Source: a virus (lineage: Duplodnaviria > Caudoviricetes). From it: a stretch of DNA of 64,000 nucleotides. The stretch is taken from positions 1,693 through 65,692 of IMG/VR virus record IMGVR_UViG_2814123190_000001; one strand, given 5' to 3'. Positions 39,437-48,442 of this stretch are shown here, piece by piece. The notes below the pieces were generated by a model. That model saw nothing but the letters and a program-made list of their open reading frames with translations. It was not told the DNA's origin and did no database searches. A program made the position numbers and the translations under genes. Within the stretch, counting starts at the first letter, position 1; the number at the start of each line of letters is the position of its first letter.

Positions 39437-41734
39437 CTAGTTATCATACTTTGTATACTTTCTCTTTCTTAAGTTGTTATCTTTAAAGCGAGCAGTTCTT
39501 TCTTTGAACTCATTATTCTGAGCATTTAAGACTAACTCCTTAGCAAAGTCATCATCACTCTTTTGTGATTGGAAGGCGTTATCAATCATCTTAAGTTCTG
39601 CTTGGCTCTTAGCTTGCTCTGCTCTTAGTTCCTTATCTCTCTCATGCTTAACACCCATCTCTTGCTCTACAAAGTCCAGGTCTTTCATATCAGTATCTGA
39701 CTGTAGGTTCGCTGCTTTAGCCATTTCAGTACCTACTTTGGTTTCAGCTAATCCAGCACTTGCTCTCATCTGAGCAGCTTTAGCAAGTTCTACTTCAATC
39801 TTAGCTTGAGCCATTTGTAGTTCTAGTTCTTTCATGGCTTCTTGGAATGGGTCTGGTTGAGGCGCATAGCTTCTAATCTGCTTAGCTAAATCAGGCATTT
39901 TTCTAAGGTCTGCAATATCTGCTAAAACGATTTGCATTAATTCCATACCCATAGAATTACCTAAGGTTTGCATCATAAAACCAAGCTCTTCTGCTTTGTT
40001 GTTATCTTCTTCTGCGGTAGAAATACTAAGCCTTAAATCGAAGTCTCCTGCAGTGCCTGCTAAGTCACTTCTCCTAACTTGGATAAATTCCTCATTAGTA
40101 ACTCGGACTACTTCCTCCTCTGAAAGGAATTCAGAGTTCATGGAAATAATCTTTTTACCTACTTTAATGATGCCATCAGCAAGCCTTCTGAGAATCCCTA
40201 GTTCTCGTTTAGATGCTGCGTCTAAAGCTCCCCTAACCGCTGTAGCAACGTTTCCTAGTGAGCTTTGAGAGATACCCTGTGAGAATGATTTAACCCCTGT
40301 AAGTGACTCTGCTTCCATATTCTGAAGCTGTAGCATAAACTGAGCAGACTGAGGAATCTCGGGATAGGTATGCATGTAAATAGCTTGCCTAGGGTCAGAA
40401 TGTGGATTAAATTCATAATCCATACCCCGTTCAAATTTACGTCTATTAGTAACGTCTAATAGCCCCTTTGCAATACCAGTTTGACCATTAGCAGATTTAC
40501 CCATAACATCAATCATGCCTCTGGTAACTGCACCAATAATTGCTTGGTTATCTTCTAATAATGCACCATCAGGTTCACCATAAATACTTTTACGTACAGG
40601 TAAATATTGAACTGCTACAAATGGAATCTTCTGGTCTGGGTAAGGATTCTCTTCTAAACGAATCATCACATCACCAACCCATGCAGCGACAATTGGTTTT
40701 ACTAATCCAGTGCCATCAATATCCCAGTAGCCCCAGTACTCGTATACGGTTACTTTCTTTCTTGGTTTATCTTTAAAGGTAAATGCTTGGGCGTAGGTCT
40801 CTTCTTCGTTATATGAGCTTACTAAATCACCATCAGCATCAATACGAATGTGTTCAATATTTCTATATCTAGTATCTTTAGCTAGGTCAGAGAGAGACAT
40901 TGCAAAGCTATGGATAACAAAACTAGCTTTATCCATATCTCCACTACACGTAGGGTCCACGATAACATTTTTATAATCACAAATTTCTAGTGATGGTTGA
41001 TTCTTAAGAATCCTAGTTTTAGTGATAGGTTCTTCGCCAATAACAATAGGCTCTACAGGAACTCCTGTTTGCATAGATAGTTCATATGCTTGCTTTAACT
41101 CTTCACTTACATCGGTATCGTATTGACTGGGAGACTCTGTTCTTAGTCCATGAATCTGTTCAATGGTTTCTGCGAACTCTGGATTCTGAATAAATTCAAT
41201 AATAGGCTGGGTGGTTTCATATTCTTCATCCTCATACTCCCAACCGACCTTAATAAATGCCGTACCTTCATCTACTACGGTTCTAACGAACTCATCGATA
41301 AATCGTGTCTTATCTAATTGAGAATTAAATTGATGAGAGAGAATAAGCTCGTTATGGTATGCAGCTTCTTTATCTTCCCAAGTTACAGGACGGACATTAA
41401 AAATTTCTCCCGTACTTAAAAAGGGTTCACTTAATGCTGCATATCTCCATTCTGCTTGCTTACGAATAAGCTTAGGAACAATCCTAGAATTACCATCTGG
41501 TACATCAATTTTTGCTTTACCTTCTACCAGTAAGTTATCAAGCCAGCCTTGAATCTTAGTTACTTGGCTTGAATGGTATGGTTTAGCTTCTTCGTAATCT
41601 TGCTTTAAATCTCTTAGTTTAGGTGGGTTCTCCCAATCTACTAAGAGGTCAGGGGCTTCTACTGTTTCTAGAGGTACTTGGTCAATTTCACTATCAGGTA
41701 CATTCAAAATAGAGTTGCCTTGGATATTGCTCAT
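39437..41734 (-). CDS. Portal protein, N4 gp59-like
   Basis: PKLIRKQAEWRYAALSEPFL, YEYWG.WDI, GAVTRGMID.MG.SANGQ, EAESLTGVKSF. Confidence 0.95.
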   Translation of the reverse strand: MSNIQGNSILNVPDSEIDQVPLETVEAPDLLVDWENPPKLRDLKQDYEEAKPYHSSQVTKIQGWLDNLLVEGKAKIDVPDGNSRIVPKLIRKQAEWRYAALSEPFLSTGEIFNVRPVTWEDKEAAYHNELILSHQFNSQLDKTRFIDEFVRTVVDEGTAFIKVGWEYEDEEYETTQPIIEFIQNPEFAETIEQIHGLRTESPSQYDTDVSEELKQAYELSMQTGVPVEPIVIGEEPITKTRILKNQPSLEICDYKNVIVDPTCSGDMDKASFVIHSFAMSLSDLAKDTRYRNIEHIRIDADGDLVSSYNEEETYAQAFTFKDKPRKKVTVYEYWGYWDIDGTGLVKPIVAAWVGDVMIRLEENPYPDQKIPFVAVQYLPVRKSIYGEPDGALLEDNQAIIGAVTRGMIDVMGKSANGQTGIAKGLLDVTNRRKFERGMDYEFNPHSDPRQAIYMHTYPEIPQSAQFMLQLQNMEAESLTGVKSFSQGISQSSLGNVATAVRGALDAASKRELGILRRLADGIIKVGKKIISMNSEFLSEEEVVRVTNEEFIQVRRSDLAGTAGDFDLRLSISTAEEDNNKAEELGFMMQTLGNSMGMELMQIVLADIADLRKMPDLAKQIRSYAPQPDPFQEAMKELELQMAQAKIEVELAKAAQMRASAGLAETKVGTEMAKAANLQSDTDMKDLDFVEQEMGVKHERDKELRAEQAKSQAELKMIDNAFQSQKSDDDFAKELVLNAQNNEFKERTARFKDNNLRKRKYTKYDN

Positions 41735-41866
41735 AGAAGTCTGTGCCTTTATAATTATTATTAATCTTTAAGCTTGAACTATAAAGAATAACAATCCCAA
41801 TTGTTATTTACAGAGCAATACCTTATCTTCTTTTACTTTAATCATAAAATATAAGGAAACCAATCA

Positions 41867-42301
41867 ATGAAAATTAAACCGTTAATCAGCACTGAAGATT
41901 TTATCGTTCCTACTAAGGGTACTCCTGAAAGTGCTGGGTTTGATATTTATATGCCTGAAGCAGGACATATTGAATCTGGTAAAACTACTACAGTATCTCT
42001 AGGCTTTGCTTCAGATATTCCACCGGGATTTGTTGCTTTAATCTTTCCTCGGTCTGGTGTAGGTTTTAAACACGGCTTAGAACTAAATAATACTTGCGGT
42101 GTAATTGATTCTGATTACCGTGGTGAGTGGAAAGCTAACCTACGTCTTAAGAATCCTACAGCTACTTTTAGATGGGAAAAAGGTGAAAGGTTACTTCAAT
42201 TCTTACTAGTACCTATCTACACAATCCAAGAGCTGGTAGTAGTTGATGAGCTTGAAGGTACAGAAAGAGGTGATGGAGGCTTTGGTAGTACTGGTAAGTA
42301 A
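41867..42301 (+). CDS. dut: Trimeric dUTPase
   Basis: AGFDI, PRSG, GVIDSDYRGE, Q, RGDGGFGSTG motifs. Confidence 0.96.
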   Translation: MKIKPLISTEDFIVPTKGTPESAGFDIYMPEAGHIESGKTTTVSLGFASDIPPGFVALIFPRSGVGFKHGLELNNTCGVIDSDYRGEWKANLRLKNPTATFRWEKGERLLQFLLVPIYTIQELVVVDELEGTERGDGGFGSTGK

Positions 42302-42320
42302 TTTTGATTTTTAAAAATAC

Positions 42321-42349
42321 TTTACATTTAAAATAATTGTGTATATAAT
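42321..42349 (+). promoter_or_regulatory. Near-consensus sigma70 promoter without a downstream + strand gene
   Basis: TTTACA-N17-TATAAT. Confidence 0.5.
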
Positions 42350-42458
42350 CTAATACATAATTAATAATAAAAATGGTAACAATATAAGTCTGTTTTTTAT
42401 CCTAGACTCCATCGCTAACATACTTTTATTTTTGTTTATTTTCTTGATATGAAATTTT

Positions 42459-42494
42459 AGGGAAGCCTCTTAACAATGCTTCCCTTGCTTTTCT
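42459..42494 (+). terminator. Terminator between convergent dut and gp67-like genes
   Basis: AGGGAAGC...GCTTCCCT then TGCTTTTCT. Confidence 0.55.
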
Positions 42495-42503
42495 CTGCAA
42501 TTC

Positions 42504-43247
42504 CTATCTCCAACCTCCTCTAACTAATCTAGAATTTGTCTGGGCATCGTTATCTATTTTGATATTTTGAAGCTCTAATGCCTGACAAGCTCTCTCATAC
42601 TTAGCCGCATAGCTATTACCTGCATGGAAGTTCTCTTGCATACCAATTGGATTATGTACCCTACTAGCTACAAACAGCAGTAAAGGTTCTACATGGCTAT
42701 ACGGTAACTCTATCGCTATTCTTTCTGGTCTGAAGTGTCTTTCTGAATATTCAATCTTAGGGTGGCTTGCTCTATAAACCACTTCTAGATAATCAGTCTT
42801 TAAATAATCAGGTAGGGTATCTGGTTTATCCACAATATCTTGTGGTACTTCTAGGGTATTCATACTAGATGTTCTGATACTGTATTTACTACCTAAGTCG
42901 TTAATAAGAAATTCATACCCCGAATCTGAATAGATTCTCTCTACTTTTAAGATATCCTCATTAAATGGATTATCCTCGGTATCCTTAATGTACTGAATAT
43001 CCTCAACACTTCTTAAATAATTCTCTGCAAAGTCTCTTTGTAGTTTATAGGTATATACCCCCTCAACTAACTGTACTCGGATTGTTCCCTCCTTTAATAA
43101 GAAGCGTTTATAGAGTGCATTTAAACCAAGGTTAATATGTAGAAGTAATTTCTTATAATCCTTTTCTTGGATTACGCCTTCTTCCCCAATATGTAAATTA
43201 CTTAATTCCCCCAATGCTAATTGGTCAAAGATATCTTGTAGGGTCAT
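42504..43247 (-). CDS. Head-tail adaptor, N4 gp67-like
   Basis: L..GELS.L, INLGL.ALYKRF.LKE, V.YRA.H, LL.FVASR, ends RGGW. Confidence 0.8.
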   Translation of the reverse strand: MTLQDIFDQLALGELSNLHIGEEGVIQEKDYKKLLLHINLGLNALYKRFLLKEGTIRVQLVEGVYTYKLQRDFAENYLRSVEDIQYIKDTEDNPFNEDILKVERIYSDSGYEFLINDLGSKYSIRTSSMNTLEVPQDIVDKPDTLPDYLKTDYLEVVYRASHPKIEYSERHFRPERIAIELPYSHVEPLLLFVASRVHNPIGMQENFHAGNSYAAKYERACQALELQNIKIDNDAQTNSRLVRGGWR

Positions 43248-43270
43248 CGTTTATCCTTTTTATTTTATAT

Positions 43271-44938
43271 TTAAACTATATATGAATTTAAATGACTATT
43301 ACTTGAGTAATCTTCCTCAACTGCCCAATAGCCCTCAGGGTCCTCAGAAACGTCTACATGCTGCATAGGAACTTCTTGTGATGGTTTCCATGGACTCATA
43401 CTAGAAAGCATTGAAATCGTATCTATAAAGTCATCGTGCTTACTTTTAAAACCAGATAAAGAAGCTAAGGTTAATTCCTCAATTGCTTCTTTCATGGGAG
43501 GGGTATCTTTTTTCTCTAGTGGGAACATTATCTTCCTTAATTTAAACATTGGAACAATGGTATTGAATCTCACTAGTTTATTAGTAATTGGTCTTAGTCC
43601 TAGATTTCCATTATTATTTTCTGAAGCCAAGGTAAAGTAGATATTCCTATTAATCATCTCTTCTTGAATCCAAGGAATAAATCCTCCTTGTTGTCCTGAT
43701 ACTTCAATCCCTACACTTTGTGGGCGGTATATTTGAGCTAATCTGAATAAGTCATTGATGTTCTTATCCATGGTTTGTCTTTCACAAATACCATCTACCC
43801 ATAACCAATCACCATTATTGTTATAAGCCCATACGGAAATAACAGAGAAGTCAGCTCTTTCTTTTTCTGAGGTAGCAAAGTCAGTAGTGATATAGAAGTT
43901 AAACCAATCACGATTACGTAGGACACTCTCTAATTTAAACCAGACAATCTCATTATCCTGAATGAGTCTATCCTCATCAGACATAATCCTAAGCATTAGC
44001 TCTTGGTTAAATGAATCTACCCTACCTAGTTTAGAGGCTTCTTCAAAGCGAGCATTGATGTAGTCATAATTAAATCTATCAGGCCATGCTCCCCTAAACT
44101 CTTCCCTTGTTACTGGAAATCTCTCACATACGGGGAATACGTTACAGTTCCATGCCCCAGACTCTACCGCTTTATATACAGGGTCCTTACTGTTAAATGG
44201 CGTACCGCTCCATATAATCATATTCCTAGAAGGGTGTAATGCGTGAGTAATTGCGTTATATACGGTATCTTCAATCTTGGCAATTACTGTAGGTGAGCGA
44301 GCATCTTCATCTGAAACCAAGTCATCTAAGACTGCTAATTGAGGTCGGGTACTAAATTGTTTTGTTCCACGAACTCCTGTCTTAGCACCGTAACCCAATA
44401 CAATAAATTCCTGCTTATCGATATTATGAAATTCCCATCGGGTATCTGTAAATTTAAGAGTAGGAATATAATGCGTAAGAAACTCTGAATTCTCCCATCT
44501 ATGCTCTAAGTTCTTACGCATATTCTTTACCCCGTTCTCAATGGAATCAGAGACATATAAGGCAAAGTTTACATTCCCTAGTGATGGAAGCTCTCTATAT
44601 ACAGCAATATATAAAAAGAGGTATTCTCCTAGTAGGGTAGTCTTTGCAGCACCCCGAAAGCATAGGTTAATCACACGGTTACCGCTATTGGTAATGGTAT
44701 CTAACATGCGGTAGTGAATCACTGGAGTAACATGTTCCTCCCCGTCTTCACCATTAACTAACTTAATAAAGTTAACAAAGTTAAGGGCAAAATCACTAGG
44801 AACATAACTACCATCATCATCATATTTAACTGTTCTTAAATAATCCTCTACCTTGAGTGGTTTAACCTGTTCCTCCAATGTTAGGATTACTTCATCTACT
44901 GAATTTGGTTTAATGTTATTATTATTTTCATACACCAT
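43271..44938 (-). CDS. Terminase large subunit, N4 gp68-like
   Basis: CFRGAAKTT, AVLDDL, GTPFN, YITTDFATSEK, HDDFIDTIS. Confidence 0.95.
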   Translation of the reverse strand: MVYENNNNIKPNSVDEVILTLEEQVKPLKVEDYLRTVKYDDDGSYVPSDFALNFVNFIKLVNGEDGEEHVTPVIHYRMLDTITNSGNRVINLCFRGAAKTTLLGEYLFLYIAVYRELPSLGNVNFALYVSDSIENGVKNMRKNLEHRWENSEFLTHYIPTLKFTDTRWEFHNIDKQEFIVLGYGAKTGVRGTKQFSTRPQLAVLDDLVSDEDARSPTVIAKIEDTVYNAITHALHPSRNMIIWSGTPFNSKDPVYKAVESGAWNCNVFPVCERFPVTREEFRGAWPDRFNYDYINARFEEASKLGRVDSFNQELMLRIMSDEDRLIQDNEIVWFKLESVLRNRDWFNFYITTDFATSEKERADFSVISVWAYNNNGDWLWVDGICERQTMDKNINDLFRLAQIYRPQSVGIEVSGQQGGFIPWIQEEMINRNIYFTLASENNNGNLGLRPITNKLVRFNTIVPMFKLRKIMFPLEKKDTPPMKEAIEELTLASLSGFKSKHDDFIDTISMLSSMSPWKPSQEVPMQHVDVSEDPEGYWAVEEDYSSNSHLNSYIV

Positions 44939-44939
44939 A

Positions 44940-45734
44940 TTACCAACCCCAATTTAAACCAGTACCTTTCCTACCCCTATTACTACTACCCCAACCAGTA
45001 AAGGTATCAAGAATACTCTTTCCAAAAGTAGGATTAGTACCCCCTGCTAAAGTACTTGCTACAACTTCCTTGGATTGGTCTGCTAATTTATTTACAATAT
45101 CTGAATCAAAGCTACCTACCCAACCATTATTTCTATTATTTTGTTGTATCTGCTGCCTTAGTTTTAGGTTCTCTCTTAAGAGTTCCCAGTCATTAGGTTG
45201 CTGTTGTCTAGTAGGCCTCCTAAGGGGTTGTTCCCCTTCCATGAATGAAGCCTCTGTAAGCGGCTCTGGTGCTTCTAAATAATACTCGGGGTGGTTTGGT
45301 ATAGGTGTCTTAGTAGAAGCTCCCTGTAGCCCTAATTTAGCCATTCTAGTGTTATATTTATTTAGGTAGCTATCCGTACCATCACCATAGCCTCTTAAGC
45401 CTCCCTCAAGGCTTCCTGCGTGTTTAATCCTTGCCTTAAAGTATTCCCCTGCAAATCGGACATTATCCCTTAGGCTAGTCTTATCTACTGGTTTAATACC
45501 CCACCCCGGCTTCCTACCAGTAGAGTCTAAAATCCCATATAAACCAGAAGCAGTAGAACTCCTTTTTCCGTTTACTAAACCATAGTGATAAGCTGCAGGA
45601 TTTGTTAAATATTTCTCACCGCTACTGGATTCAATATCTCGAATAACCGCTAAGGAATTAGCAGGCAATCCTAGTCTCTTTTCCTCTTCCTGTTCCCACT
45701 GTCTTACCTGCTTTAAAAGAGCCTGTATATCCAT
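44940..45734 (-). CDS. Lytic transglycosylase (SLT-like) domain protein
   Basis: IESS (catalytic Glu), ASGLYGI, NVRFAGEYF, L.GYGDG; low-complexity C-terminus. Confidence 0.7.
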   Translation of the reverse strand: MDIQALLKQVRQWEQEEEKRLGLPANSLAVIRDIESSSGEKYLTNPAAYHYGLVNGKRSSTASGLYGILDSTGRKPGWGIKPVDKTSLRDNVRFAGEYFKARIKHAGSLEGGLRGYGDGTDSYLNKYNTRMAKLGLQGASTKTPIPNHPEYYLEAPEPLTEASFMEGEQPLRRPTRQQQPNDWELLRENLKLRQQIQQNNRNNGWVGSFDSDIVNKLADQSKEVVASTLAGGTNPTFGKSILDTFTGWGSSNRGRKGTGLNWGW

Positions 45735-45737
45735 ACC

Positions 45738-46484
45738 TTAAGCCCCCTCAGAATTAATAATTTCAGCATCATCGATATCCGTTACTAGTTTAGTTTTAGC
45801 TATTTCTTGTGCAGTCATAGCCCCTGCTTGAATGACTGTTCTTTGCTGTGCACTTAGTTCTAATATAGATTGTTTTAACTGCTCAATTGAACTATCTTTC
45901 TTAATACCAATATCTAACTCTACCTTCTGAGTCTCAGGCATCTTCAAATGATTTAATAAACTATTTGCTGCTTGGGTTCTAACTAACTCTGACTTAGCAT
46001 TTACCATTAAGTCTGCTTGTACATTAATAGCTCTTTGATAAACATCTTGATTCAATACATATGTAGGAATCATAGTCTGTTCATAGATAATATTAACTAA
46101 CTTAGTCTTATTGTATGCAGTGATATAACTAGCAATATCTTTACTACTAGTACCATTTAATATGTGTTGTTGATATCTATCAGGAAAGGTAGCTATATAA
46201 GCATCTTGGTTTGTTCTTCCCATTAACTTAAATGACACATACTTAACAGCATCTATGTACTGTTGCATACTAAACTTACCATCATTTAGTACATGTGCAT
46301 AACCTAATAGATTCTCTCTAAAGATACTGAACTCATCTGGATTAGATAAGGTATTAACTATTTGATCTATTAACTCTTGGTTTACTGATTTCTTTAGTCT
46401 AGGAGGTAATACTCTTAATAACTGTTCTTCAGTAATAAGAGGAAGATTACTAGTATTAGAATTAGTAGAAGATAGAGTACTCAT
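45738..46484 (-). CDS. N4 gp69-like protein (putative terminase small subunit)
   Basis: Y..AVKYVS.KLMG..N..AY..TFPDRY, YNK.KLVN.I.EQ, AANSLL.HLK.PE. Confidence 0.8.
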   Translation of the reverse strand: MSTLSSTNSNTSNLPLITEEQLLRVLPPRLKKSVNQELIDQIVNTLSNPDEFSIFRENLLGYAHVLNDGKFSMQQYIDAVKYVSFKLMGRTNQDAYIATFPDRYQQHILNGTSSKDIASYITAYNKTKLVNIIYEQTMIPTYVLNQDVYQRAINVQADLMVNAKSELVRTQAANSLLNHLKMPETQKVELDIGIKKDSSIEQLKQSILELSAQQRTVIQAGAMTAQEIAKTKLVTDIDDAEIINSEGA

Positions 46485-46905
46485 TATATTTATTATTATT
46501 ATTAATTAAATAGTGAGTACTACAATAATGAATAACAAGGTATCTATCTATATAAACCAGATAACTAACTACCTTATCTATAAATAAATAACCCCCTTAT
46601 CTCGGGGGTATTATATATATCTTATTATTTATTATTACTTATATATATATCATGGTTTGTTTTGACGGAATGTTTGCGGCATCGCATTATATAGAACTAT
46701 ATACTATACCCCTTTTAACTGTCAAGCCTATAAGGGAAATAAAAATAATATTTTTTCGACTTGATGGAAAAATTAAATAATTAGGTAAAGACCTTGCTCA
46801 CTACTGAGCCTCAGGCTCAGGTCTAGAAGATAACCCCCCCGGGGTAACTACATCTCTCGATTTCTCACCACTGGTACCCCCATCAACGTATCGGGTACTA
46901 CTCAC
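46485..46905. other. Late/early divergence; probable genome terminus/direct terminal repeat region
   Basis: Non-coding; genes diverge here; N4 synteny puts genome ends between gp69-like and first early genes; palindrome cluster. Confidence 0.6.
46696..46725 (-). promoter_or_regulatory. Candidate sigma70 late promoter
   Basis: Minus strand TTGACA-N18-TATAGT pointing to gp69-like/terminase operon. Confidence 0.45.
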
Positions 46906-46909
46906 GCTC

Positions 46910-46932
46910 TTCATTTAGCTACGCCATTGCGG
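46910..46932 (+). promoter_or_regulatory. Candidate early vRNAP promoter A1
   Basis: TTCATTTAGC-TAC-GC-CATTGCG-G; template GC-GTA-GC mini-hairpin; +1 G46932. Confidence 0.65.
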
Positions 46933-46984
46933 ATGATATAGCGTTGGGCTGTATCACATTAACCTTGCTACAAGGAGATATCAC

Positions 46985-47179
46985 ATGAGCAAGAAATATG
47001 GCATCTTATCTATCTACCGGGCTGCTGCACAGGCAGCCACGCACTTAGCTGAGGCTCAGGTAGCCTCAGCGCTGACTCATAAATCAGTTAAAGTTGTTGA
47101 GGCCGAAAAGGCCTTAGCTAAAATTAACTCGGGAAGAGTTAAAGCTTCTGCAGAATCAGTATTAGCTGATCTGTGGTAG
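46985..47179 (+). CDS. First early protein, hypothetical (64 aa, Ala-rich)
   Basis: AAGGAG RBS; flanked by promoter A1 and terminator. Confidence 0.8.
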   Translation: MSKKYGILSIYRAAAQAATHLAEAQVASALTHKSVKVVEAEKALAKINSGRVKASAESVLADLW

Positions 47180-47180
47180 A

Positions 47181-47225
47181 AGTAAGGAGGTACAGATTAA
47201 GTTCTGTGCCTCCTTACTATTTTTT
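47181..47225 (+). terminator. Early terminator
   Basis: 16-bp stem AGTAAGGAGGTACAGA/TCTGTGCCTCCTTACT then ATTTTTT. Confidence 0.85.
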
Positions 47226-47469
47226 ATACTAATACTAATACATATACTTATACATATACAGTTAGATAGTCTAATAGTCTTACAGTCTAATAGACTTATA
47301 GATTATCTAACTGTATATAAGATAACTTAAGTTAAGTATTAAGTTAGTAAAAGTTAGTTTAATTAATAAGCTAAACAATTTTATTCAAAGATAACTTAAG
47401 TTAGTTAAGTTCTATCCGATATATTCCCGATATCTTCTTCTTTAAATATATAAGTAGTTATAAATTAAT

Positions 47470-47492
47470 TTCATTTAGCTTCGCCGTTGTGG
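47470..47492 (+). promoter_or_regulatory. Candidate early vRNAP promoter A2
   Basis: TTCATTTAGC-TTC-GC-CGTTGTG-G; template GCGAAGC; +1 G47492. Confidence 0.65.
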
Positions 47493-47525
47493 GCAATTGT
47501 GCCTTAACTCATTACGGAGAATGCC

Positions 47526-47591
47526 ATGGAATTCGAATTCGACCCAGAGAATTTCGATTTTCAGAAATGGTTGTTTGAACGCCAAATCTGA
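47526..47591 (+). CDS. 21-aa acidic/aromatic early peptide MEFEFDPENFDFQKWLFERQI
   Basis: GGAG RBS, own promoter A2 and terminator; below ORF-track cutoff. Confidence 0.7.
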   Translation: MEFEFDPENFDFQKWLFERQI

Positions 47592-47597
47592 AATCAC

Positions 47598-47643
47598 AGG
47601 AGATGGAGTAACATTTGTTGCTTCGTCTCCTACTTTTTTTTTT
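47598..47643 (+). terminator. Early terminator
   Basis: AGGAGATGGAGTAACA/TGTTGCTTCGTCTCCT then T10. Confidence 0.85.
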
Positions 47644-47771
47644 AACTATACAGACTGACTCCTTCTAATAGTCTTTGATTTATATAGTCTTTCCCATTCT
47701 CTTTTTTTTCTTTTCTCTACGAATCCTGCCTCTTCTCTCGTCTCTGGATTGCTCTAGGTACAGTCCTCTCT

Positions 47772-47794
47772 TTCATTTAGCTTCGCATGTGTGG
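47772..47794 (+). promoter_or_regulatory. Candidate early vRNAP promoter A3
   Basis: TTCATTTAGC-TTC-GC-ATGTGTG-G; +1 G47794. Confidence 0.65.
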
Positions 47795-47852
47795 TGTACG
47801 GCTAGTGCACTAAATTTCGTTTAATTCTTCTTATTATTTTAGGAGTGTCGCT

Positions 47853-48110
47853 ATGACTAATACTACATTTGATTTCGTACCAACTACTAACAACAACGCT
47901 AACGGTAACGCTAACTGGGAGCGTGCGGTAGGTTTCTTAAATCTCCGCATTCAGGGGAAAACCGTCGGTGCTATACCGTTAAAAGCCTCAAACATTGTTC
48001 AGAGGTCTTTATTCGAGTATCTTACCGATAACCCAGACGCTGATTTAATGTCTGTAATTGAGGTGGACTTTAAGTCTGCCACCCCAACTGCCGTAGAATT
48101 CGATTTCTAA
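47853..48110 (+). CDS. N4 gp2/Drc-like ssDNA-binding RNAPII cofactor (short form)
   Basis: N-rich start then WERAVGFLNL......VGAIPLK.S, F.SA; early position. Confidence 0.7.
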   Translation: MTNTTFDFVPTTNNNANGNANWERAVGFLNLRIQGKTVGAIPLKASNIVQRSLFEYLTDNPDADLMSVIEVDFKSATPTAVEFDF

Positions 48111-48123
48111 CGGTAGTGGGGCC

Positions 48124-48163
48124 ACTAGTGGGTTTAGATTCTTAGTCTAAATCCGCTAGTTTT
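48124..48163 (+). terminator. Early terminator
   Basis: ACTAGTGGGTTTAGAT/GTCTAAATCCGCTAGT then TTT. Confidence 0.7.
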
Positions 48164-48185
48164 ATTAATAACTAAGGAGTATTTA

Positions 48186-48206
48186 ATGTTTGGGATTAAG
48201 CCTTAA
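48186..48206 (+). CDS. Minigene MFGIKP (6 aa)
   Basis: TAAGGAG RBS 6 nt before ATG. Confidence 0.35.
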   Translation: MFGIKP

Positions 48207-48254
48207 CCTCCGATTAATTAATTATCTTTAAACCATGAATTAAGGAGGGTTTAT

Positions 48255-48287
48255 ATGTTTTCATGGTTAAGGCTTAATGTTTATTAA
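48255..48287 (+). CDS. Minigene MFSWLRLNVY (10 aa)
   Basis: TAAGGAGG RBS 6 nt before ATG; followed by terminator. Confidence 0.4.
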   Translation: MFSWLRLNVY

Positions 48288-48293
48288 CTTTAT

Positions 48294-48340
48294 ACCCTCA
48301 GTCTCATATGAGATTGGGGGTTTAGTTTTATTTTTATTTT
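48294..48340 (+). terminator. Early terminator
   Basis: ACCCTCAGTCTCA-TA-TGAGATTGGGGGT then T-rich tract. Confidence 0.75.
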
Positions 48341-48442
48341 TACTTAGTAGACAGTCTCAAGTCTACTTTACTCTTTTTTTTTCTACAAATCCTGCCTTCT
48401 TCCCGTGTGTTGGTTCTTGTAGGAATGTCCTCTTCTCTCTTC

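Noticed and set aside
41867-42301. Inverted dUTPase in the late region as a novelty
   Set aside because: Ordinary enzyme; I recall similar placement in other N4-like phages (not verified).
46804-46820. 7-bp hairpin as vRNAP promoter
   Set aside because: Loop is TCA/TGA rather than GNA and the +1 position is C; kept only as a terminal-region structure.
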